Assembly: GCA_029851105.1 (NCBI GenBank)
Contig: CP099822.1
Span: forward strand, 127,429-159,428
From: Candidatus Saccharimonadota bacterium
GTDB taxonomy: Bacteria > Bacteroidota > Bacteroidia > Flavobacteriales > Blattabacteriaceae
DNA length: 32,000 nucleotides
Direction: 5' to 3'
The position numbers were made by a program, and so were the translations under genes. Positions 1 to 8,664 of this stretch are shown one piece after another. Position 1 is the stretch's first letter. Each line of letters begins with the position of its first letter. Under the pieces are notes generated by a model. It was not told the DNA's origin. It saw only the letters and a list, made by a program, of their open reading frames with translations, and did not search any database.

Positions 1-530
1 GTAAATTTTTTAGATTTTTTAGAAATTATATTTTTTAATGTTTTATAATTATATTTTTTTTTAATATATATAATTTTTTGTAAAATAATATTTCCACCAT
101 CTATATTATCATTTATAAAAAAACTTGTTAATCCAGTTTTTTTTTCTCCATTTATTATAACCCAATTAATAGGATTAGCCCCTTTATATAAAGGTAATAA
201 AGAAGGATGAATATTAATAGTCCCTAATTTAGGAATTTTCCATATTTTATATTTTATAATTTTAAAAGATATTAATAATTGTAAATCTGGTTTAATTTTT
301 TTAATTTTTTTTATATATTTTTTTTTATCTATATTTTCACTATAAATTAAAATTATTTTATTTTTTTTTACTAAATATTTAATATAATTTTTTTTTTTAT
401 TAATTTTATTTTTAGTAGTAATAATACAACTTATTTTATAAAAATATTTTTTTTGATTTTTTATTAAATATTTTATAGTAGATATACCAAATGTACCATT
501 ACTCATTATTATAATTTTTTTATATTTCAT
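1..530 (-). CDS. fmt: Methionyl-tRNA formyltransferase; only the N-terminal ~176 codons are present because the gene runs off the left window edge
   Basis: Manual minus-strand translation from the ATG at 530-528 gives MKYKKIIIMSNGTFGISTIKYL... It contains the formyltransferase motif NIHPSLLPLYKGANPINWVIINGEKKTGLTSF. The frame was checked codon by codon and is open to position 1. It is absent from the ORF track because no stop lies in the window. Confidence 0.85.
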   Translation of the reverse strand, partial: MKYKKIIIMSNGTFGISTIKYLIKNQKKYFYKISCIITTKNKINKKKNYIKYLVKKNKIILIYSENIDKKKYIKKIKKIKPDLQLLISFKIIKYKIWKIPKLGTINIHPSLLPLYKGANPINWVIINGEKKTGLTSFFINDNIDGGNIILQKIIYIKKKYNYKTLKNIISKKSKKF

Positions 531-554
531 TATTTTAAAATAAAATAAAATAAA

Positions 555-627
555 TGACCTGGCTGGGATTCGAACCCAGGACCCTTACATTAAAAGTGTA
601 ATGCTCTACCAGCTGAGCTACCAAGTC
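555..627 (-). tRNA. tRNA-Lys (anticodon UUU), 73 nt, no encoded CCA
   Basis: The reverse complement folds as a cloverleaf: acceptor GACTTGG/CCAGGTC, D arm GCTC/GAGC, anticodon stem TTACA/TGTAA with loop CTTTTAA, and T arm CTGGG-TTCGAAT-CCCAG. Confidence 0.93.
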
Positions 628-770
628 TATTTTTAGAATTTAAAAATTTAATATAATTATATTATAAATATAATAATTATTATTTATAATAAAAATAAAA
701 AAAAAAAATATTATATTATTAGGAATATATAAAAAAAAAAATTATTTTTAAAATAAAAAATTAAATATTT

Positions 771-1298
771 GTGAAAATTATTTTAATAGGTTATATGGGT
801 AGTGGTAAATCATATATTGGTAATATATTATCTAATATAATTAATTATTCATTTTATGATTTAGATATATTAATATCTAATATTTATAATTTAAGCATAA
901 ATAATATATTTAAATTTTATGGTGAAAAAAAATTTAGAATTATAGAAAATAATATTTTAAAAAATTTTTTTTTTAAAAATTATAATGAATCTTATATTTT
1001 ATCTGTAGGTGGTGGTACTCCTTGTTTTTTTAATAATATAAATATAATTAATTATTACTCTAATTCATTTTATTTAAAAACTAAAAATAAAATTTTATTT
1101 AAAAGATTATTATTAGATAATAAAAATAGACCTATTTTAAGGGGGAAAAAAAAAAAAAAATTATTAAATTTTATAAAAAAAGATATTAAAAAAAGAGAAA
1201 AATATTATTTAAAATCTAAATTTATAATTAATACAAAAAATATTAATTTTAATCAAATAGCTTTTTATATAAAAAAAAAATTAAATATTAATGTTTAA
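771..1298 (+). CDS. aroK: Shikimate kinase (GTG start)
   Basis: 175-aa ORF with the N-terminal Walker A motif ILIGYMGSGKSYIG and size typical of AroK. It contains an in-frame A15 tract (1146-1160). Confidence 0.8.
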   Translation: MKIILIGYMGSGKSYIGNILSNIINYSFYDLDILISNIYNLSINNIFKFYGEKKFRIIENNILKNFFFKNYNESYILSVGGGTPCFFNNINIINYYSNSFYLKTKNKILFKRLLLDNKNRPILRGKKKKKLLNFIKKDIKKREKYYLKSKFIINTKNINFNQIAFYIKKKLNINV

Positions 1299-2604
1299 TT
1301 TTATTAAAGAGAAATTAAAAAAATTAAAAAATAAAAAATTTTTATTAGCTATTAGTGGTGGTATAGATAGTATGGTTTTATTAAATATTTTTAATAAAAT
1401 TTATAAAAAAAATATATATATAGCTAATTGTAATTTTAATTTAGAAAAAAAAAATAATAATAAAAATTTTATATATAAAATATGTAAAAAAAAAAAAATA
1501 AATTTTTTTTATAAAAAATTTAATACTAAAAAATTTTCTAAAAAAAAAAAAATTTCAATACAAATGGCAGCTAGATTATTAAGATATAATTGGTTTTTAA
1601 AATTAAAAAAAAAATTAAATTTAAATTATATAGTATTAGCTCATCATTTAGATGATAAAATAGAAACTTTTTTTATAAATTTATTTAGAAATAGTGGAAT
1701 ATATGGATTAAAAAGTATAAATTTTATAAAAAAAAAAATTTATTTAAGACCATTTATTTTTTTTTATAAAAAAGATATTATTAAATATGCTATAAAAAAT
1801 AAAATAAAATGGAAAGAAGATTTAAGTAATTATAAAAATTATTATTTTAGGAATAAAATAAGAAATAATATAATACCAGTAATAGAAAATAATGTAATAA
1901 ATTTTAAAAAAAAAATTATAAAATCTTTAAATAACATTAATTTAGAATATAAATTTATTAAAACAATAATTAATTATTATTCTAATAAAATAGAAAAAAA
2001 AATTTATAATAATCCATTTTTATTAAAATTAAAATTAAAAAAAATACTTAATATAAAATATTATTATTATATTTTATATAAAATTTTATATAAATATGGA
2101 TTTAAAAATATTAAAATTATTAAAAATTTTTTTTCACTTAAAACAGGTAAATTTATTTTATCTAAAAAATATAGATTAATAAAATATAAAAAATTAGGAT
2201 TATTAACAATAAATAAAAAAAAAAAAATAAATGTAATAATAAAAAATATTAATAAATATAAAATTATTAATAATATTTATTTAAAATTTTTTTTTAAAAA
2301 AAAAAATATAAAAAAAAAAAAAAAATATATTTATTTAAATTTTAATAAAATTATATTTCCTTTATATATAAGAAATTGGAATAAAGGAGATTTTTATAAA
2401 AATAAAAATAAAAAAATTAATATAAATAAAATATTTAAAAAAAAAAAATTTTCTTTATTTAAAAAAGAAAATATTTATTTATTATTTAATAATAAAAATG
2501 AATTTATTTGTACAATAAATATTTTTTTTATTATAAATAAAAAATTTTTAAATTTTAAAAATAAAAATTTTTTTTATTTTAAATTTTTAAATTATTTTAT
2601 ATGA
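1291..2604 (+). CDS. tilS: tRNA(Ile)-lysidine synthetase
   Basis: 437-aa ORF with the PP-loop motif LLAISGGIDSMVLL (SGGxDS) and LAHHLDD. It overlaps aroK by 8 nt and thrS by 4 nt (ATGA). It contains in-frame A11 and A16 tracts (2296-2306, 2310-2325). Confidence 0.85.
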   Translation: MFNFIKEKLKKLKNKKFLLAISGGIDSMVLLNIFNKIYKKNIYIANCNFNLEKKNNNKNFIYKICKKKKINFFYKKFNTKKFSKKKKISIQMAARLLRYNWFLKLKKKLNLNYIVLAHHLDDKIETFFINLFRNSGIYGLKSINFIKKKIYLRPFIFFYKKDIIKYAIKNKIKWKEDLSNYKNYYFRNKIRNNIIPVIENNVINFKKKIIKSLNNINLEYKFIKTIINYYSNKIEKKIYNNPFLLKLKLKKILNIKYYYYILYKILYKYGFKNIKIIKNFFSLKTGKFILSKKYRLIKYKKLGLLTINKKKKINVIIKNINKYKIINNIYLKFFFKKKNIKKKKKYIYLNFNKIIFPLYIRNWNKGDFYKNKNKKININKIFKKKKFSLFKKENIYLLFNNKNEFICTINIFFIINKKFLNFKNKNFFYFKFLNYFI

Positions 2605-3824
2605 ATAAAAAAATTATTAATCATAAAAAAATAGGAGAAAAATTAAAATTATTTTTTTTTTCTAAAAATGTAGGATCAGAATTACCATTATGGTTACCTA
2701 ATGGTGTTTATTTATATAAAAAAATTATAAATTTTATAAAAAAAATAAATTTAAAAAATAAATATAAAGAAGTATATACTCCTAATATAGCAAAAAATAG
2801 TTTATATAAAAAATCAGGGCATTTAGATAAATATTATAATTATATTTTTAGTTTAAAAAAAAAAAAATATTATTTAAAACCTATGAATTGTCCTTTTCAT
2901 TGTGAAATATATAAAAATTATAAAAATATTTCATATAAAAAATTACCTATAAAATTTTTTGAATTTGGCAATGTTTATAGAAATGAAAAAAGTGGAGTTT
3001 TAAATGGATTATTTAGAACTATATCTTTTACTCAAGATGATGGGCATATATTTTGTAGAAAAAAAAAAAAATATATATATAAAGAAATATATAAAATTAT
3101 AAAAATAATAAAATTTATATATAAATTATTTTTTTTTAAAAAATTTTATATTAGATTTTCTTTTAAAAAAAAAAATAATAATAAATATATTGGATATAAA
3201 AAATATTGGGATATATCTGAAAAAATATTGTTATATATAAAAAAAAATATAAATAAAAAATATAAAATTAAAACTTATATTAAATATAATGAAGCAGCAT
3301 TTTATGGACCTAAAATAGATTTTATAATAAAAGATTTATTTAAAAGAAAATGGCAATTAGGTACTATACAAATAGATTTTAATACTCCTATAAGATTTAA
3401 TTTAAAATATATTAATAAATATAATATTTATAAAACTCCTATTATTATACATAGAGCTTATTTAGGTTCAATAGAAAGATTTATAGCTATTTTTTTAGAA
3501 AATAATAATGGGAAAATACCTTTTTGGTTATTAAAAATTAATGTTATTATTTTACCTATAAATAGAATTCATTTAAAATATTCTTTATATATTAAAAATA
3601 TTTTAATATTAAATAATATAAAAACAAAAATTAATATTAATTTTAAAGAAAATTTAAATAAAAAAATTAAAAAATATGAAAATATTAAAATACCTTTTAT
3701 ATTTATAATCGGTAATAAAGAAGTTAAAAAGAAAAAAATTTTTATTAGAAAAAATGAAATAGGGGAAATAGGAATTTTTACTATTAAAAATGCAATTAAT
3801 TATATTTTAATTAATAAAAATTAA
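2601..3824 (+). CDS. thrS: Threonyl-tRNA synthetase, short form (catalytic plus anticodon-binding domains only)
   Basis: 407-aa ORF. It starts at the HKKIG region that precedes the class II core. Motifs: FTQDDGHIF, GPKIDF, HRAYLGSIERFIAIFLE. There is no room for the TGS or editing domains because tilS abuts upstream. Confidence 0.88.
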   Translation: MNKKIINHKKIGEKLKLFFFSKNVGSELPLWLPNGVYLYKKIINFIKKINLKNKYKEVYTPNIAKNSLYKKSGHLDKYYNYIFSLKKKKYYLKPMNCPFHCEIYKNYKNISYKKLPIKFFEFGNVYRNEKSGVLNGLFRTISFTQDDGHIFCRKKKKYIYKEIYKIIKIIKFIYKLFFFKKFYIRFSFKKKNNNKYIGYKKYWDISEKILLYIKKNINKKYKIKTYIKYNEAAFYGPKIDFIIKDLFKRKWQLGTIQIDFNTPIRFNLKYINKYNIYKTPIIIHRAYLGSIERFIAIFLENNNGKIPFWLLKINVIILPINRIHLKYSLYIKNILILNNIKTKININFKENLNKKIKKYENIKIPFIFIIGNKEVKKKKIFIRKNEIGEIGIFTIKNAINYILINKN

Positions 3825-3862
3825 AAAAAATTTTATATTATAAATTATAATATAATATTTAA

Positions 3863-4438
3863 ATTTTAAAAATTATAAATAATAATAAAAACAAATATTT
3901 TAATAAATTATTATTAAAATATAAAATAAATGAAAATATAAAATCTAATAAAATTAGATTAGTAGATAATAAAATATTTAAAAATAAAATTTATAATAAA
4001 GATTATTTATTAAATAAAATAAAAGAAAAAAATTTAAAATTAGATATAATAGAAATAAATAATAAAATTTATCCATCAATAGTAAAAGTTATTAATTTTA
4101 ATAAATTTATTTATGAATGTAAAAAAAAATATAAAAAAAAAAATAATAATAAAAAAAAAAATAAATTAAAATTAGTAAAATTAAGTATTAATATAAATGA
4201 TCATGATAAAAATTATAAAATAAAAAATATTAAAAAATTTTTTTTAAAAGGTAAAAAAGTAATATTATATATATTTTTTAAAGGCAGATCTATAATTTAT
4301 AAAAATCAAGGTGAAAAAATTTTATTAAATATTTCAAAAAAATTAAATAAATATGGGATTATTTTAAAAAATCCTTATATGGATAAAAGAAGAATGTTAA
4401 TGATTATGTTACCTATAAAAAAAAAAAAAAATGTTTAA
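3863..4438 (+). CDS. infC: Translation initiation factor IF-3, with a non-ATG start (ATT at 3863 or 3872, or ATA at 3875)
   Basis: Not in the ORF track because it has no ATG/GTG/TTG start. The frame was checked codon by codon from the stop at 3860-3862 to the TAA at 4436-4438. It reads ...KYKINENIKSNKIRLVDNK...LDIIEIN...PSIVKVINFNKFIYE...HDKNYKIKNIKKFFLKGKKV...GRS, which is IF3-like. It also holds the conserved infC-rpmI-rplT position. Confidence 0.82.
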   Translation: MLKIINNNKNKYFNKLLLKYKINENIKSNKIRLVDNKIFKNKIYNKDYLLNKIKEKNLKLDIIEINNKIYPSIVKVINFNKFIYECKKKYKKKNNNKKKNKLKLVKLSININDHDKNYKIKNIKKFFLKGKKVILYIFFKGRSIIYKNQGEKILLNISKKLNKYGIILKNPYMDKRRMLMIMLPIKKKKNV

Positions 4439-4622
4439 ATTAAAAACAAAATCTAGTACTAAAAAAAGATTTAAATTAATGTTTAATAAAAAAATTAAAA
4501 GAAAATATTCTTTTAAAAATCATAATTTAATTAAAAAATCTTCAAAAAGAAAAAAAAAATTATCTAAATTTGTTTTTTTAAAAAAATCAAATTATAAAAA
4601 TATAATTAAACATTTTAAATAA
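4431..4622 (+). CDS. rpmI: 50S ribosomal protein L35
   Basis: 63-aa basic ORF MFKLKTKSSTKKRFKL... lying between infC and rplT. Confidence 0.88.
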   Translation: MFKLKTKSSTKKRFKLMFNKKIKRKYSFKNHNLIKKSSKRKKKLSKFVFLKKSNYKNIIKHFK

Positions 4623-4628
4623 AAAAAA

Positions 4629-4967
4629 ATGCCTAGATCAAAAAATATAGTTAATTCTAAAAAAAGAAGAAAAAAAATTTTAAAATATTCTAAAGGGTTT
4701 TATGGATCTAAAAAAAGATGTTATACTATTTCTAAAAATGCTGTAGAAAAATCTTGGTTAAATTCATATATAGGTAGAAAAAATAAAAAAAAATTTTATA
4801 GAAAATTATGGATTTTAAGAATTAATGCTTATGTAAGAAAAAAATTTAAAATTTCATATTCTAAATTTATTTTTTTTTTAAAAAAAAAAAAAATAAATTT
4901 AAATAGAAAAATTTTAGCTTATTTTTTTACTAAAAAAATTAATATATTTAAAAATATAATTAAATAA
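4629..4967 (+). CDS. rplT: 50S ribosomal protein L20
   Basis: 112-aa ORF MPRSKNIVNSKKRRKKILKYSKGFYGSKKR, the typical L20 N-terminus. Confidence 0.92.
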   Translation: MPRSKNIVNSKKRRKKILKYSKGFYGSKKRCYTISKNAVEKSWLNSYIGRKNKKKFYRKLWILRINAYVRKKFKISYSKFIFFLKKKKINLNRKILAYFFTKKINIFKNIIK

Positions 4968-5877
4968 AATAATGTTTTAAAATTTTTGTTATTTTAGTTT
5001 TATTAAATATTTTTTTTGCTTCTATTTCAAATTTTTTTATATTAGGATATCTATATGAAAAATGACCTAATAATAATTTTTTAGCTTTTGAAATTTTAGC
5101 TATTTTAGCTGCTTCTATTGATGTAGAATGACCTCTATTATTAGCTAATTTTTTTTTTTCATGTAAAAAAGTAGATTCATGATATAATAAATTAACATTT
5201 TTAAAAAATTTACAAATTTTTGGATTAAAAGAAGTATCAGTACAAAAAGCATAAGATAATGGTTTTTTAGATTTAAAAGTTAAAAATTTATTAGATATTT
5301 TAGTACCATCTTTTTTAAAAAAATCATTACCTTTTTGAATATTTAAATAATCAGATATTTTTATTTCTTTAATTTTTTTTATATTTTTAATATTTAAATT
5401 TTTTAATTTTTTTCTTTCTTTAAATAAAAAACCATTTGTATATATTTTATGTTTTAAAGGTATATTATATATTTTAACATTTTTATTTTTAAATATTCTT
5501 TTAAATTTTTTAGATTTTAAAGTAATAAAATTTAATTTATATCTAATTTTAGATTTTGACCATTTTAAATTTTCATATATTATATTTTTTAATCCTTTTG
5601 GAGAATAAATATTTAATTCATTTTTTCTATCTAATAATTGATAAGTAGATAAAATACCCATAATACCAAAATAATGATCACCATGTAAATGAGATATAAA
5701 TATATTATTAATTTTATTAATTTTTATTTTAGCTTTTAATAATTGTACTTGAGTACCTTCTCCACAATCTATTAAAAAATAATTTTCTCTCATATATAAA
5801 ATTTGAGAAGTAGGATGATAATTTTTATTAGGTAAAGAAGAATTACAACCTAAAACTATTAAATAAGGTTTAATCAT
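4960..5877 (-). CDS. rnz: Ribonuclease Z (tRNA 3' endonuclease, metallo-beta-lactamase fold)
   Basis: 305-aa ORF with LIDCGEGTQ and the HxHxDH motif SHLHGDHYFG, plus a C-terminal GHFS. Its length matches short-form RNase Z. Its 3' end overlaps rplT convergently by 8 nt. Confidence 0.85.
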   Translation of the reverse strand: MIKPYLIVLGCNSSLPNKNYHPTSQILYMRENYFLIDCGEGTQVQLLKAKIKINKINNIFISHLHGDHYFGIMGILSTYQLLDRKNELNIYSPKGLKNIIYENLKWSKSKIRYKLNFITLKSKKFKRIFKNKNVKIYNIPLKHKIYTNGFLFKERKKLKNLNIKNIKKIKEIKISDYLNIQKGNDFFKKDGTKISNKFLTFKSKKPLSYAFCTDTSFNPKICKFFKNVNLLYHESTFLHEKKKLANNRGHSTSIEAAKIAKISKAKKLLLGHFSYRYPNIKKFEIEAKKIFNKTKITKILKHYFI

Positions 5878-5932
5878 TATTTTTAATTTTTAAAAAATAA
5901 ATTTTTATATAAATATAATAAAATTTTTTATT

Positions 5933-8436
5933 ATGTATAAAGAAACACCATTAATTAAACAATATTATAATTTAAAAAAAAAATATTCTGATACTATTTT
6001 ATTTTTTCAAGTAGGTGATTTTTATGAAATTTTTGGGTATGATGCTATTTTTTGTTCTAGAATTTTAAATATAACATTAACAAAAAGAAATAAAAATAAA
6101 AATAATAGTATTTATTTAGTAGGATTCCCTTGTAAAGCTTTAAATATTTATTTAAAAAAATTAATTAAATTTAATGTTAAAGTAGCTATATGTAATCAAA
6201 ATCAAAATAAAAATAATAAAAATGATTTAATAAATAGAGAAATTACTAATATTATTACCCCTAATATTAATTTATATGAAGATATAAATAAAAAAAAAAG
6301 TTTTAAAAAATATGTTTCATCTATCTTTTTTAAAAAAGATATTTTAGGATTATCTTTTATAGATTTTTCCACAGGAGAATTATTAACTACTGAAGGTAAT
6401 ATAAATTATATAAAACATATTATTAATTGTTTTAATTTAAAAGAATTTTTTATTCAAGTAAGTAAAAAAAAAAAATTTAATAAAATTTTTAATAAAAAAA
6501 ATAAATATTTAATAACTTTATTAGATGATAATTTATTTAATTATAATTTTTTATATAAAAAATTATTAGAACATTTTTCTATTTTTTCTTTAAATTGTTT
6601 TGGAGTAGAAAATATGGATTTAAGTATTATATCAACTGGTATATTGATTTTTTATATTAAAAAATATTATAATTTAAAATTAAATCATGTAAATAATATT
6701 AAAAAAATAGAAAAAGATAAATATGTATGGATAGATAAAATAACATTAAAAAATTTAGAAATAATTAAATCTATTAATAAAACAGGGAAATCTTTATTAG
6801 ATATTTTAGATAATACATATACTTCTATGGGGTTTAGATTATTAAATAAATGGATAATATTCCCATTAAAAAATAAAAGTAAAATATATAAAAGATTAAA
6901 TATAATAAATTTTTTTTTTAAAAAAAATGATAATTTTAAATTAAATATAATATATAATTTAAAATATATTTTTGATATAGAAAAAATAATATCTAAAATA
7001 TCTAATAATAATATTAATCCTAATCAATTATATAAATTTATTATTTCATTAAAAAAAATAAATAATATATTAAAATTAATTAATTTAAATAAAAATTATA
7101 AAATATTTAATTTTAAAAAAAAAAAAATAAAAAAATTAAAATTAATATATAAAAATATAAAAAAATTTTTAATAAAAGATCCAATAAATAAATTTAATAA
7201 AAATTTTTTTATAAAAAAAAATATATCTAATAAATTAGATAATTATAAAAAAAAATTAAAAATAAAAAAAAATATATATATAAATATTTAAAAAAAAAAA
7301 AAAAATTAAATATAAAATATTTTTTTATTAAATATAATGATTTATTAGGTTATTATATAGAAATAAAAAAAAATGATATTAATAATATACCTAAAAATTG
7401 GATAAAAAAACAAAAATTATCTTTATATGTAAGATATACTACAAAGTTAATTAATAATTATGAATATAAAATATATAATATAAAAAAAAAAATTTATATA
7501 TATGAAAAAATTATTTTTAATAAAAAAATTAATTTTTTAAAAAAAAAAATTAATTTTTTAAAAAAAATATCTAATTTTATAGCTAAAATAGATGTTTTAT
7601 TTTCTTTTTTCATTTCTTCTAAAGAAAATAATTATGTTAAACCTATTATTATTAATAGTAATTCCAATAAAATTAAAATAATAAAAGGTAGACATCCAGT
7701 AATAGAAAAAAATATGTGTTTAACTAATAATTATATACCTAATAATATTTTTTTAGATAATTCAAAAAATCAAATTTTAATAATAACTGGTCCTAATATG
7801 TCTGGTAAATCAGCTATTTTAAGACAAACAGCTTTAATTATTATAATGGCTCAAATAGGTTGTTATGTTCCTGCTAAAAGTCTTAAATTTAATTTAATAG
7901 ATAAAATTTTTAGTAGAATAGGTGCATCAGATAATATTTCTATGGGAGAATCTACTTTTATGATAGAAATGAATGAAACTTCTAATATATTAAATAATTT
8001 TAGTAAAAATAGTTTAATAATAATGGATGAAATAGGTAGAGGAACTAGTACTTTTGATGGTCTTTCTTTATCATATTCTATTATTAAATATTTAATTGAA
8101 AATAAAATTAAACCTAAAGTTTTATTTACTACTCATTTTCATGAATTAAAAAATTTATTATACTTATATAATAAAAAAAATATAAAATATTATTATTTAT
8201 CAATTAAAAAAATTAATAATAATTTTATTTTTATAAGAAAATTAAAAAAAGGATTAAATAATAATAGTTATAGTTTATATATAGCTAAAATGGCTGGTAT
8301 ACCTAATAAAATTATAAAAGATTCTAAAAAAATATCTTTTTTTTTAAAAAAAAAAAATGTAATAAATTTATTATTTTATAAAATTTTATCATTATACTAT
8401 ATAATAAAGAATTATTTTGCGAAAGTAGTTCAATAG
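5933..8436 (+). pseudogene. mutS: DNA mismatch repair protein MutS interrupted by a single frameshift (5933-7291 in one frame; 7249-8436 in the next frame)
   Basis: The N-terminal fragment has TPLIKQYYNLKKKY...FFQVGDFYEIFGYDA. The second frame was verified open codon by codon from 7249. It carries LLGYYIEI, QKLSLYVRYTT, IAKIDVLFSF, GRHPVIE, Walker A GPNMSGKS and DEIGRGTSTFDG. The two frames overlap only in 7249-7291. Confidence 0.88.
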
Positions 8437-8491
8437 GTAGAACATAACCTTGCCAAGGTTAAGGTAACGGGTTCGAACCCCGTCTTTCGCT
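8419..8491 (+). tRNA. tRNA-Gly (anticodon GCC), 73 nt, no encoded CCA
   Basis: Acceptor GCGAAAG/CTTTCGC, D arm GTTC/GAAC, anticodon stem TAACC/GGTTA with loop TTGCCAA, T arm ACGGG-TTCGAAC-CCCGT. Confidence 0.93.
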
Positions 8492-8557
8492 TATTAAATT
8501 AAATTTTAAATTAAAATTTTTTTATAATATAATAATAATATATATTATATTATTAAT

Positions 8558-8647
8558 GCCTAGATGGTGAAATAGGTAAACACGCAGGACTTAAAATCCT
8601 GTAATTCAATAAAATGAATTTTGCGGGTTCGATTCCCGCTCTAGGCA
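8558..8647 (+). tRNA. tRNA-Leu (anticodon UAA), class II with a long variable arm, 90 nt, no encoded CCA
   Basis: Acceptor GCCTAGA/TCTAGGC, anticodon stem CAGGA/TCCTG with loop CTTAAAA, variable-arm hairpin AATTCA/TGAATT, T arm GCGGG-TTCGATT-CCCGC. Confidence 0.92.
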
Positions 8648-8664
8648 TTTTAATTTAAAATTAA

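Noticed and set aside
628-770. The divergent intergenic region between tRNA-Lys/fmt and aroK as a promoter or origin; the same question applies to the other AT-only spacers
   Set aside because: TATAAT-like and TTG-like strings occur everywhere at this base composition, so no specific promoter call can be defended. I noticed no DnaA-box-like (TTATCCACA) motifs.
2602-2604. Possible TGA-to-Trp recoding (genetic code 4), as in some tiny-genome symbionts
   Set aside because: The Trp codons I inspected are TGG. All conserved genes are intact under the standard code. TGA serves as the tilS stop in the ATGA overlap with thrS. No conserved gene needs readthrough of a TGA.
7289-7291. Rescue of mutS by slippage within the A16 tract itself
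   Set aside because: The TAA uses the T plus the first two A of the tract, so changing the A16 length leaves the stop in place. Any rescue must occur upstream in 7249-7288, within the A9 tracts or the (AT)n repeat.
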